A stretch of 64,000 nt of DNA, taken from contig OX597827.1 in assembly GCA_951406725.2 (NCBI GenBank), forward strand, positions 63,364,001 to 63,428,000, given 5' to 3'. The notes below the pieces were generated by a model, which was not told where the DNA came from, searched no databases, and worked only from the letters and a program-made list of their open reading frames with translations. This DNA comes from Octopus vulgaris (taxonomy: Eukaryota). Numbering within the stretch: the first letter of the stretch is position 1; each line of letters starts with the position of its first letter. Shown piece by piece: positions 25,654 through 38,492 of this stretch. The position numbers were made by a program, and so were the translations under genes.

Positions 25654-25935
25654 ATATGTATGTATGTATGTATGTATATACATATATATGTGTGCGTGTA
25701 TGTGTGTGTGTGTTTATATCTATATGTGTGTCTTTGTATCTGTGCTTGTCCCCCACCACCGCTTGACAACCGGTGTTGGTGTGCTTACGTTCCCGTAACT
25801 AAGCGATTCGGCAAAAAAGACCGGTAGAATTAATACCAGGGCTTTGAAACAAGTCCTGAGGTTAAGCTGTTCACTGAAAGTCCTTCAAAGTGGTGCTCCA
25901 GTATGGCCGCAGTCAAATGACTGAAACAAGTAAAA
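25341..25935 (+). mobile_element. Full-length CORE-type SINE with expanded internal microsatellite
   Basis: Belongs to the family of 18515. Confidence 0.9.
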
Positions 25936-26204
25936 TATAATTGTGTTAAATTCTAAGAAATCAATGAAGCTGTTGCGAATGAAATGTGTCAGTTGTGTGA
26001 AACAGAGAGAAAAGTAAGAGCTACAAGTTAGATTCAAATTGCTTGACCGAAATTCGAAACCGCTTTTCTAGGCCGAATACGCTGAAGGTCTAGCCCATTG
26101 TTGAAGCACGCAACTACAAGTACGAGGCAAGGAAGCAGAGGGAAAGGTATAAAGTATGAGATAGGTATTTCTCGGGCGGGAATCGAAACTGTATCGATTG
26201 CACA

Positions 26205-26517
26205 GATTTTGTTTGTTTGTTCCTTCTCGAGCCATGACTGGCTCATAAGGACCAGTTTCTCAGTTTCCTTGGCGTATAGGTTCCCCAACTGGACGGGACG
26301 CCGGTCCGTCGCAGGTGAGCTTCAAGATACAGGAGGAAAGAGTGGGAGAAAGTTGTGGCGAAAGAGTCAGGAGAAGCTCGCCATTACGTTCTGCCGGAGC
26401 CGCGTGGAGCTTAGGTGTTTCGCTCATAAACACACACATCGCCCGGTCTGAGATTCGAACCCGTGATCCCTCGACCGTGAGTCCGCTGCTCTAACCACTA
26501 GGCCATGTGCCTCCACC
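26205..26517 (-). mobile_element. tRNA-headed V-domain-like SINE
   Basis: Reverse complement reads GGAGGCACATGGCCTAGTGGTTAGAGCAGCGGACTC...GGGTTCGAATCTC. Matches 20233. Confidence 0.88.
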
Positions 26518-26916
26518 ATTGCACAAATTCGTTCAAGGCTTCCTGCATTTCCAAGGGTGTATGTACTTACATAATCCAATGAGAGAGCATGTATTTGGAC
26601 ACTCGACCTGAAAGGCACAATGACCTGATCACTGTCACATCACACCTTACTGTCGCGAGGGACACTTTGGGTAATGTTGTATGAAATACAGTGAAAAAAA
26701 AGCGGGATGGTCAGGGCTTTAGCGCATTTGGTGATAGGTGAAGACATGGCTTTGTGGTAAGCGATTTGCTTCCGGACCACATGGTTTGGGGTTCAATTCC
26801 CACTGCGTGGCACCTTAGTTGAATGTCTTCTGATATAGTCCCGAACCAACTAAAGCCTCATTAGGGAGGTTGGTAGATGGAAACTGAAAGAAACCCCGTC
26901 GTATTTACGTATATAC

Positions 26917-26982
<66 letters not shown>

Positions 26983-27047
26983 ATATATGTATGTTTATGT
27001 GCATACGTACATGTATATATGTATGTATGTATAAATATATGTATATA

Positions 27048-27079
<32 letters not shown>

Positions 27080-27091
27080 CGTGTATGTATG

Positions 27092-27169
<78 letters not shown>

Positions 27170-27227
27170 TACCCATATATATGTATATATATATGTTTGT
27201 GTATATATGTATATATATATATACATA

Positions 27228-27410
27228 TTAGGAGAATTCACAAAAAATAAAAGACGAAACAGTTGGTATAGACAACAAACAGATGTATTAGTGTAACGCT
27301 CGAGAAGGGAAAATGTCTTAAGCGTTTCGAGCCTACGCTCTTCCACAGAAAGGAACACAGAAAGAAACAAGGAGAGAAAATAAAGAATGTGGCTAACGCT
27401 CTATCCTGGC
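27228..27410 (-). mobile_element. Penelope-pLTR-like repeat (copy of 2737)
   Basis: High similarity to 2737-2925. Confidence 0.6.
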
Positions 27411-27523
27411 GAATATATATATATATACATATATATACATATATATACATATATGTATATATATACACATATATGTATATATTTATGTATATATGTGTGT
27501 GTGTGTGTGTATGTGTGTGTGTA

Positions 27524-27586
<63 letters not shown>

Positions 27587-28486
27587 AATAAAAAGTTGTG
27601 AATTGTACAATGCACTATAACACAAACAATGGGCTATGTACCTGTTGTAATTAAGTCATCCATAGTCTGATATGATATTTCGGAATAATATTCCTTCTTC
27701 AGATATTCTTAGATGGAGTCGCTGCTATAATCGATATATGCGTGTGAACTGTATGAATACAGTGCAAATTGAAATGTTATTGATGGATAAATGGCGATTT
27801 CTCTCTGCTTGTGTGGGTGGTTGTTACATAGAATTCGCCGTCACAAAACACCAAGACATCTATCAATATGAATTAAGAAGGTGTTCCTACATGTAAACAG
27901 GGTGTGATATTTGTGATGACAGTGCATTTGTCTAAAAGCAGAACAGTTCTTCATGCAGCGCCTGTCATCTATATGGCTGAAATGACTTGAAAGGCATCGT
28001 CATTTGTGGTATATTCGTGAATACGTCACTAACCGAAATAAGTGGATCTATTGTTTAGGAAAATACTATTTACTTGTTTAAGGGTTGCACTGGGTAAATT
28101 GTGAAAACAACTCTAACAAATAAGCATATTCAACTTAATTTGTACCAAGTAAAATCACTGACCTTGTCTGACAATTTCTTGTAAGAAAGTCCACGTAATG
28201 TAGAATGCTTTTTAATAAATCGAGAAGCATTTATTATACAATTTTTTTCATTTATTATATATAGGAAGATGAATGGGTTATTTCCCTTGGCGGGTAATGG
28301 TTATGTATATGGATCCCTTCCAGGAGCCCTAGCCATCCATTTATAGATTTTTATTAAACTTCAATGAGATTAGAAACAAACTGGATGCTACTTTAGAATG
28401 TTTGCAAAATTTCACGATAATTCGTTAACGGTGTAGACGGCAACTTGTCACAGACAAAGATGCAACTTGCTTTATATATGTATAAG

Positions 28487-28559
<73 letters not shown>

Positions 28560-28602
28560 CATATAGTTATATATACATACATATATATGTATATATACAT
28601 AT

Positions 28603-28652
<50 letters not shown>

Positions 28653-28684
28653 GTATATGTGTGTATGTATGTGTGTGTATATGT

Positions 28685-29130
28685 TTGTGTGTCTGTGTTT
28701 GTCTCCCCAACATCGCTTGACAACCGATGCTGGTGTGTTTACGTCCCCGTAACTTAACGATTTGGCAAAAGAGACCGATAGAATAAGTACTAGGCTTACG
28801 AAAAATAAGTCCTGGGGTCGATTTGCTCGACTAAAGGCGGCGCTTCAGCATGGCCACAGTCAAATGACTGAAACAAGTAAACGATTAAAAGAATAAAAGA
28901 GTATGCAGGTTTTAGAAATCGGCGAACTGACAGAATCGGCACCGCGCCGGACAAAATGCTTAATGATATTTCTTCCGACTTAACGCTCTGATTTCAAATA
29001 CCGCCAAGTTCGACTTTGCTTTTCACCTTTTCGGAGTCGATGAAATAAGTACCAGTTGAACATTAAGGTCGATGGAATCGACTTACTCTTTCTTCGAAAT
29101 TGCTGACCTTTTGCCAAAATTTGAAATCTC
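28685..29130 (+). mobile_element. 3' half of a CORE-type SINE followed by a degenerate Meta-like SINE
   Basis: Family motifs visible (CGCTTGACAACCGATGCTGG...; CACCTTTTCGGAGTCGATGAAATAAGTACCAG). Confidence 0.8.
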
Positions 29131-29309
29131 ACAGGGTAAATTTTCAATGAGATGCTGTGTTTTATGAAGTGAAATTCTTGCAAAACTTTTATCTTCTTCA
29201 GGCAACATGTAACAGTTTTCCTACAGACTTTCGTGGTCTGGCTGAAGTTTCTCGGAATTTTGGATAAATGCTTGATTTGATCTGAGACAATGTTTTAAAA
29301 CTAAAACAA

Positions 29310-29462
29310 TCCGTATGTATCATAGGTTGAAAACGGGAAGGATAGCTTCCCTTTGCAATTACTGATAGGGCACAGAAATTGTGTCAATAGCCAGCTGGAG
29401 GAGGTATCCTCCTGGGGCTACAAGCTACAGTAGCATCCACCCTTAGGGGTTGGCCACATTTA
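29310..29462 (+). mobile_element. Truncated copy of the hammerhead-bearing repeat at 41496-42105
   Basis: TCCGTATGTATCATAGGTTGAAAACGGGAAGG...GCATCCACCCTTAGGGGTTGGCCA matches 41888-42034. Confidence 0.85.
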
Positions 29463-29919
29463 AGTGGTAAAAATACTTCACGATGTGTTACAGCTACTGT
29501 TTATAGCTCGCTCAGAGATTTATAATTACATGGTGGTTAACACATTAATAACCATTCAAATGCACACAAAAACTGTTAACTTCATTTAAATATATATTAT
29601 TTGGTGTAAAAATTCTCGTCGTACCAAATAAAGCCTGGCCACTGGGATGATTTCACTGCATCTAATTTTGTGAGGTGGTTGTTATAAATCAAAATTAGAT
29701 AAAAAAAAAACCTTCGATTGAAAAATAACGAATGCACTTAAGACTATCATTAAATTGTGCCTCAAAATGGTAGCCTTTCAAGTATGGCTCAAAAATTTCT
29801 GACCTGGAATTCAATAGAAAGTTAGGGATCTTAGATCTTAACAGGATCTATGCTCTTTCAGCCAAACAAAGTCTACATTTATTCTTTCTATCTATCTATC
29901 TATCTATCTATCTTATATA

Positions 29920-30014
<95 letters not shown>

Positions 30015-30206
30015 CGGAATAAACACATAAATGTGAAACAAGGTGGAAAAAAGAGTACTCAAATGCCAGTGGTAGAGTAATATGCTTTATTTAAAGCAGC
30101 AGAAAATTCAACCAAACGTGTTACTCTGAGTATATGTATATACATACATATATATATATATATATATGTTTATATATATATGCCTATATATACATTTGTA
30201 TGTATG

Positions 30207-30246
<40 letters not shown>

Positions 30247-30247
30247 T

Positions 30248-30360
<113 letters not shown>

Positions 30361-30429
30361 AATGTATATTACCACGTTTCAAGTTTCGCACTAAATTGAA
30401 GCGTTTCATTTATCGCTCACAACTGCAAG

Positions 30430-31056
30430 TTTTCAAGCAACGTCCCAAGCGTGGCTCAAAATTTCTTAGCCTACAGATAGTAAGTGAGTCTGCAATTAAG
30501 ACTGCAAGCAATGATAAAGAAACTGTTTTTGAGGTTCCTGGCTTGATTGGATAATATATGCATGAAAGACGATAGACACCGAAGCAAATTTTTCGTATAA
30601 ATGAATCAGGCCTGTTTTGAAAACGAACGCTAAAACGAACTTAGATTTCCGAAGCGAATTAAATAAATAAATAAATAAATAAACTGCATTATAGTTCAAA
30701 ACTGCCAAAGATCATAAGAATTTTCTACTTGATGGTAATTATCCAGGTGATTTAAAGGTCAAGCGACTGACTATTTATAATTCTGAGGCATCACTAACTA
30801 CAAAAGGTTACTCTGAATCTCATCTTCCTATTATAAGGTGATAATCTAAAAAGGGATGGATCACCGAAACCGTTTCCCAAGATTTGTTTATTTCGTGTTT
30901 CTTCCCAGCTTTGTCAAAGAATATTTTTATGCTAAGAATCTTGAGAATAAAACCTTGTTTATCGCATACAATTTGCCATTCATTTAATCCAGGTGACCTG
31001 ACGGATGATGTTTAAGTAGCTTTTCCGCCTCCAGACACAACCAGCTTCATTTAACC
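30430..31056 (+). pseudogene. pogo/Tigger-family DDE transposase remnant
   Basis: Degenerate translations: LQIVSESA; KQIF-NESGLF*KRTLKRT*IS; LLDGNYPGDLKVK; V*VAFPPPDTTSFI*P (compare FLPPNTTSLIQP). Confidence 0.75.
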
Positions 31057-31472
31057 TATTTCTTTACTACCTACAAGGGGCTAAACACAGAGAGGACAAA
31101 CAAGGACAAACAAACGGATCAAGTCGATTATATCGACCCCAGTGCGTAACTGGTACTTATTTAATCGACCCCGAAAGGATGAAAGGCAAAGTCGACCTCG
31201 GCGGAATTTGAACTTAGAACGTAGCGGCAGACGAAATACCTATTTCTTTACTACCCACAAGGGGCTAAACACAGAGGGGACAGACAAAGACAGACAAACG
31301 GATTAAGTCGATTACATCGACCCCAGTATTCATCTGGTACTTAATTTATCGACCCCGAAAGGATGAAAGGCAAAGTCAACCTCGGCGGAATTTGAACTCA
31401 CAACAAAACGGCAGAGGAAATACGGCTACGCATTTCGCCCGGCGTGCTAACGTCTCTGCCAGCTCGCCACCT
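31057..31472 (-). mobile_element. Meta-like SINE with 2 tandem bodies
   Basis: Family of 13884; period 184 bp (31057 and 31241). Confidence 0.88.
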
Positions 31473-31811
31473 TTTTATAGCTTGTTTTAACCTATAGACA
31501 AAAAGGACAATTAAAATCTATATTTTACGGTCACCTTAAATTTTCAGATGGTAAAACTATGTCTGTTGTACAGGATCTTCGGCAGGCATTGTTGTGTGGT
31601 TAAGAAGCCGGGTTTGTAACCACGCGGTTTCGGGTTCACTCTCACTGCACGGCATCTTGCGCATATGTTTTTGCGAGTAAATTTGGTTGATGAAATCAGT
31701 GGAAGTTTGTCGCATATATACACACATGTAGACCTTCCTCTCAGGTCAACATTATTCAGTGTCCTTCGCGACAGTAAGCTGTGATTTAACAATGATTTAG
31801 TTATTATTTCT

Positions 31812-32413
31812 TATTTCTTTATTACCCACAAGGGGGTACACACAGAGGGGACCAACAAGGACAGACAAAGGGATTAAATTGATTACATCGATCCCAGTGC
31901 GTAACAGCAGGTACTTATTTAATCGACCCCGAAAGGATGAAAGGCAAAGTCGACCTCGGCAGAATTTGAACTCAGAACGTAACGGCAGACTAAATACCCA
32001 TTTCTTTACTGCCCACAAGAGGCTAAACACAGAGGGGACAAACAAGGACAGACAAACGGATTAAGTCGATTATATCGACCCCAGTGCGCAACTGGTACTT
32101 ATTTAATCGACCCCCGAAAAGATGAAAGGCAAAGTCGAGCCCGACGGAATTTGAACTCAGAACGTAACGGCAGACGAAATACCCATTTCTTTACTACCCA
32201 CAAGGGGCTAAACACAGAGTGGACAAACAAGGACAGACAAAGGATTGAGTCGATTATATCGACCTCAGTGCGTAACTGGTACTTATTTAATCGACCCCGA
32301 AAAGATGAAAAGCAAAGTCGACCTCGACGGAATTTGAACTCAGAACGTAACGGCGGGCGAAATACCACAAAGCATTTCGCCCGGTGAGCTAACGTTTCTG
32401 CCAGCTCGCCGCC
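31812..32413 (-). mobile_element. Meta-like SINE with 3 tandem bodies
   Basis: Family of 13884. Confidence 0.88.
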
Positions 32414-32823
32414 GTGTGTATCTTTCTATTTGTCCTCTACCACTGCTTGACGTCCTCGTATCTTAGCAATCTGCAAAAAAAAAGGAAATGAGTCCGAAAC
32501 AGTAATTAGTAGTCTTAATAATAAGTACTACGTCCAATTTGTTCGATTAAACACTACTAGTTGGTGCACCAGAATGACTGTATTCCAATGACTGAAACAA
32601 GTAGAAGATAAAAGACAAGTTTGCTTGATCGTGGTTGATTTGGGGTTAAACAACAACATCGACCACGCATGTACGTCAGCAGAGTAATAATAGCTACAAC
32701 AACAGCAACAACAATAAAAGTGTCATGTGTTAATAAGGTCGTAAGAAGAAAGCGAAGGCGTTGGATTAATACTGCAATCTATGTATATTTTTCTGTGCTC
32801 CCGCGTGTGTGGGTTTATCTACC

Positions 32824-33684
32824 TATTTCTTTACTACCCACAAGGGGCTAAACACAGAGAGGACAAACAAGGACAGACAAACGGATTAAGTCGATTACAT
32901 CGACCCCAGTGCGTAACTGGTGCTTATTAAATCGACCCCGGAAGGACGAAAGGCAAAGTCGACCTCGGCGGAATTTGAACTCAGAACGTAATGGCAGACG
33001 AAATACCTATTTCTTTACTACCCACAAGGGGCTAAATACAGAGAGGACAAACAAGGACAGACAAACGGATTAAGTCGATTACATCGACCCCAGTGCATAA
33101 CTGGTGCTTATTTAATCGAACCCCGGAAGGATGAAAGGCAAAGTAGACCTCGGCGGAATTTGAACTCAGAACGTAGCGGCAGACGAAATACGGCTACGCA
33201 TTTCGCCCGGCGTGCTAACGTTTCTGCCAACTCTCCGCCTTCAAATATTTTTTTCTACTCTAGGCACAAGGCCCGAAATTTTGGGGGAGAGATCCAATCG
33301 ATTAGATCGACCGCAGAACGCAACTGGTATTTAATTTATCGTTCCTGAAAAGATGAAAGACAAAGTTGACCTCGGCGGAATTTGAACTCAGAACGTAGCG
33401 GCAGACGAAATACGGCTACGCATTTCGCCCGGCGTGCTAACGTTTCTGCCAGCTCTCCGCCTTCAAATATTTTTTCCTACTCTAGGCACAAGGCTCGAAA
33501 TTTGGGGGGAGAGAACCAATCGATTAGATCGACCGCAGAACGCAACTGGTATTTAATTTATCGTTCCCGAAAAGATGAAAGACAAAGTCGACCTCAGCGG
33601 AATTTGAACTCAGAACGTAAAAATAGACGAAACACTGCAAAGCATTTCGCCCGGCGATCTAACGTTTCTGCCAGCTCGCCGCCT
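32824..33684 (-). mobile_element. Meta-like SINE (2 bodies) followed by two tandem ~222-bp copies of a related shorter-tailed SINE
   Basis: Family motifs present; duplication at 33245 and 33467. Confidence 0.85.
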
Positions 33685-33851
33685 CGTGGGTTTATCTACC
33701 CACTAATGCCAAAAAGTACCGTCGCGAAAGCATGTTGACTGTCCAAACCGTCGTCATCCGAATGTTTGCTTAGAGCGATTCGCTCGACTAAAATCCTTCA
33801 AAATGGTGTCCCTTCGTGACTGCAGTCATAAACCAAATTAAAATATAAGAG

Positions 33852-34228
33852 AGGCGCAATGACCCAGTGGTTAGGGCAGCGGACTCGCGGTCGTAGGATC
33901 GCGGTTTCGATTCCCAGACCGGGCGTTGTGAGTGTTTATTGAGCGAAAACACCTAAAGCTCCACGATGCTCCGGCAGGGGATGGTGGTGATCCCTGCTGT
34001 ACTCTTTCACCACAACTTTCTCTCACTCTTACTTCCTGTTTCTGTTGTGCCTGTACTTCAAAGGGCCGGCCTTGTCACTCTCTGTGTCACGCTGAATATC
34101 TCCGAGAACTGCGTTAAGGGTACACGTGTCTGTGGAGTGCTCAGCCACTTACACGTTAATTTCACGAGCAGGCTGTTCCGTTGATTCGGATCAACCGGAA
34201 CCCTCGTCGTCGTAACCGACGGAGTGCT
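33852..34228 (+). mobile_element. Full-length tRNA(Arg)-like-headed SINE with Nin/Deu-like body
   Basis: Head GAGGCGCAATGACCCAGTGGTTAGGGCAGCGGACTCGCGG...GGTTTCGATTCCC. The 3' body matches 1691. Confidence 0.88.
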
Positions 34229-34629
34229 TCCATAAAATATAAGAATGAACAATCGAAGCATAGAGATATTAGACTTACCACTGACTCACCTCCAACATTA
34301 AACAGGCAGTCGCTATGCTTCTCCTCAGAGATAGATAATGGGTTGAATATTCGAAAATAATTACGTATGTTACGCTCGAAATGTATGCAAATGTATTCTC
34401 GGTTATACATTTTTTTTTTCAAAATGGTGGCGAAAAGACAACTCATTAACAGAAAGCAGAAATGGAAATATTTTGAGTTTGGTATATCAAAGAACGTAGA
34501 ATTAGCTATAAGAATTTTAAGTAGATTAATGATGATCAAACAGAACCTACTTTAGAAGTCAATTAATTTGTATCTGTTAATTACAGTTTTGCTCCTTTTA
34601 TTACGTACATACATACACACAAACAAACA

Positions 34630-34720
<91 letters not shown>

Positions 34721-34876
34721 ATACACACATTTATACATACATATATATATGCATGAATATATTTGTCTATCTCTGTATATATACTTGTATATATGTGTAT
34801 ATGTGTGTATATAAATATATATATGGATGTATATATAAAAGAGGTGAGACCGAAATCCTTTTTATATATACATACA

Positions 34877-34950
<74 letters not shown>

Positions 34951-35025
34951 GAAGGAAAGGTACTAAAAGAAATGGGAGAAGGAGACGTAGGAGAAGCATG
35001 CAGCCAAATAAGATATTTAGGTAAG

Positions 35026-35065
<40 letters not shown>

Positions 35066-35162
35066 GAGACAGACAGACAGGCAGGCAGGCAGGCAGGCAG
35101 ACAGACAGGCAGGCAGGAAGACAGGCAGACGCACAAGCAGGCAGACAGATAGACAGACAGAC

Positions 35163-35278
<116 letters not shown>

Positions 35279-35312
35279 GGATGGATAAATAGATAGAAAG
35301 ACAGACAGACAT

Positions 35313-35351
<39 letters not shown>

Positions 35352-35545
35352 CATACATACATACATACATACATACATACATACATACATACATACATAC
35401 ATACATACATACATACATAACTTTCTTTATTGGCCACATAGGGCCAAACAGAGGGAACAAATACAAATGTAGAGCTTTTCTTTTCGAAGATGGAAAAAGA
35501 AAAAGGAAGAGGCAGACAAACAGACAGAGCGGTAGATAAATAGAT

Positions 35546-35625
<80 letters not shown>

Positions 35626-36930
35626 CTACTCAATAGCAAAACTTCGTAAATACGATTTATTTCTCAATTATCCAACCAGTCTATTATAGAAGATAAGTAC
35701 CGTTGACATCGGGATCAGATTAGATATGATTATAAGAGAGCTAAATCTAGCTTAAATCACATGAAACGGACGAATCAAACATCTGTCAGTCTGCGACTTT
35801 GAGTACAAATTGTCACGAGAATCAATCACATCCATAATCGATAATACTTGGAATATATGTTGTTGTTGTTGTTGTTGCTGTTGTTGTCACTTTTGTCAAT
35901 GTTGTTTATCTACAAATCAGCCTTAAATCGAGAAGGCATATGATCTGTCGGCTTCTAAACATGCCCACCTCGTTGATTCTCTATATTATAGTTGCACTGA
36001 AATATCTAGTGTGCCCTTCTGTTTCAAGACGGTGCGTTGTAACTTCCTTTTATTGGAAGAAGAAGAGATTTGGCTGTTATTTCTAGTAAACCGGAGAACT
36101 AGGTAGAGACTCATATTTGTTGGTTTTGTAGTTATTCTTCTTGCTATGGCTGTTGCTATGACTGTTATTATGATTGTTGTTATGGTTGTTATAGCTATTG
36201 ATATGGCTGTTGTTATTCTTGTTGCTATAGCTGTCGTTATGGTTGTTGTTATGATTGTTCTTATGGTTGTTGTTGTAGATGTTGTTATAGTTGTTGTTAT
36301 GGTTGTTGTTGTGTTTGTTGTTATGGTTGTTGTTATGGCTGTTGTTATGGCTGCTTTATGTCTATTGTTAAGGCTGTTGTGGTTGTTATTGTTTTTATTG
36401 TTGTTGCTATGATTGTTGTTATGGTTGTCGTTATGGTTGTTGTTATAATTGTTATGGTTGCTGTTATGATTGTTGTTGTGGTTGTTGTTATGGCTGTTGT
36501 TATGGCTGTTGTTATGGTTGCTGTCATGTCACGTTGCTCCAGTCCATTCAGCTGGCAACAATGAGTAATCCTGCGAGGGACCAGCGCTCCATCCAGGTGG
36601 GGAATTTATACGCCATAGAAACCGGGAGACCGAACTTATGAGTCGGCGTGACTCGTGAAGGAAAGATTTACTTCAGTTTTTACATCACGCCTACCTCATC
36701 CGCAGTTGAGTTGGTCATCATTTTTAGCATTCAGAGCGACCGCGAAGAACAATCCTCATTGGCTCTTTCTTGCTTTCTTTTTCTCTTATGTACTGATAGA
36801 TTCCAGCCTGACACTTATTCTACCTTTTGCCGAACCGCTAAGTTACGGGATAACATCGGATATCAGGCGGTTGAGGCACAACAAAGCAACACCGGGTATC
36901 AAGCGGTTGGAGGGACAAACACATATGCAT

Positions 36931-37003
<73 letters not shown>

Positions 37004-37292
37004 TATACTCACGCATACACATACACACACACGCGCGCGCACGTACACACGAGCGAACGAACGAACGCATACACGCACACACGTTCATACGCATACACGC
37101 ACACACATACACACGCACGCACGATCGGCTGCCACAGTTTCTCTCCACAAAATTCACTCGAAATGCACTGGTCATCTCAATGCTTTTATACAGGACACTT
37201 TCTTCAAGGTGCTGCACTATGCGTCTGAACCTAAAACTACGTAGCTGCAAAGCCGTCGTTCTGATAAGGTTGCAAACGACGAATTCGATATC

Positions 37293-37337
37293 CGTTACTG
37301 ATGATACATAACAACATAGAAACCGAAGCGGTCTACG
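37293..37337 (+). ncRNA. Type I hammerhead ribozyme motif (stem II degenerate)
   Basis: CGTTA-CTGATGA-TACATAACAACATA-GAAA-CCG-AAG-CGG-TC^TACG. Confidence 0.5.
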
Positions 37338-37384
37338 ACTCTGAGTTGTCAGTCATAGGCCAATTTGTTTTTACACATACTCTT

Positions 37385-37786
37385 TTTTCTTTTACTTGTT
37401 TCAGTCATTTCACTGAGGCCATGCTGGAGCTCCGCCTTTAGTCGAGCAAATCGGCCCCAGGACTTATTCTTTGGAAACCTAGTACTTATTCTATCGGCCT
37501 CTTTTGCCGAACCGCTAAGTGACGGGGACGTAAACACACCAGCATAGGTTGTCAAGTGATGTTGGGGGGGGGGGACAAACACAGACACACAAACATATAC
37601 ATACACATACATATACATACATATATACGACGGGCTTCTTTCAGTTTCCGTCTACCAAATCTACTCACAAGGCTCTGGTCGGCCCGTGGCTATAGTAGAA
37701 GACACTTGCCCAAGGTGTCACGCAGTGGGACTGAACCCGGAACCCTGTGGTTGGTAAGCAAGCTACTTGCCACACAGCCACTCCTG
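37385..37786 (-). mobile_element. Full-length CORE-type SINE
   Basis: Belongs to the family of 18515. Confidence 0.9.
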
Positions 37787-37965
37787 TCTAAAAGAAGAAT
37801 TTTTTTCTTGAGGCTATTTCTACATGAAAGCTCTTCCCATGTTCGAGTGAACGTGAATAAGTTAAACATCATTGTAAACGCATATGTTTTATTCAATGCT
37901 GCTTCATGCAATTCTTTATATGTATGCATATTATGCATGTATGAATATCACACACACATTGTTAT

Positions 37966-38054
<89 letters not shown>

Positions 38055-38236
38055 TATATATATATATGAGTGTATATCACCATGATCACCATGACCGACC
38101 AGGCTATCAGATGTTACTACACATTGCTGGTCACAATGCACTTCGCATTGTTCTAGCCTTCAAATGACGCCACCCTGCTGGCTAAGCAAGCAGGCCAATA
38201 TGAGTGTATATATATGTATATATATATACATGCATA

Positions 38237-38268
<32 letters not shown>

Positions 38269-38492
38269 CATACATACCCACACACTCACCCATATATGTA
38301 CATACATATATATGTGTGTGTGTATATATATATATATATGCATATAGATGCATATATTACATATATATGTGTGTGTGTATATATATATATATATGCATAT
38401 AGATGCATATATTCATATATGTGTGTGCGTGTCTCTCTGTATGTGTGTGTTGTATGTGTGTGATGTGTGTGTGTTTGTTTGTGTGTGTGTGT

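Noticed and set aside
29560-29850. Possible Tc1/mariner 3' remnant on the minus strand (KGYHFE-like end); similarly 34260-34600 as a Tc1 5' remnant
   Set aside because: Too short and degraded to support by eye.
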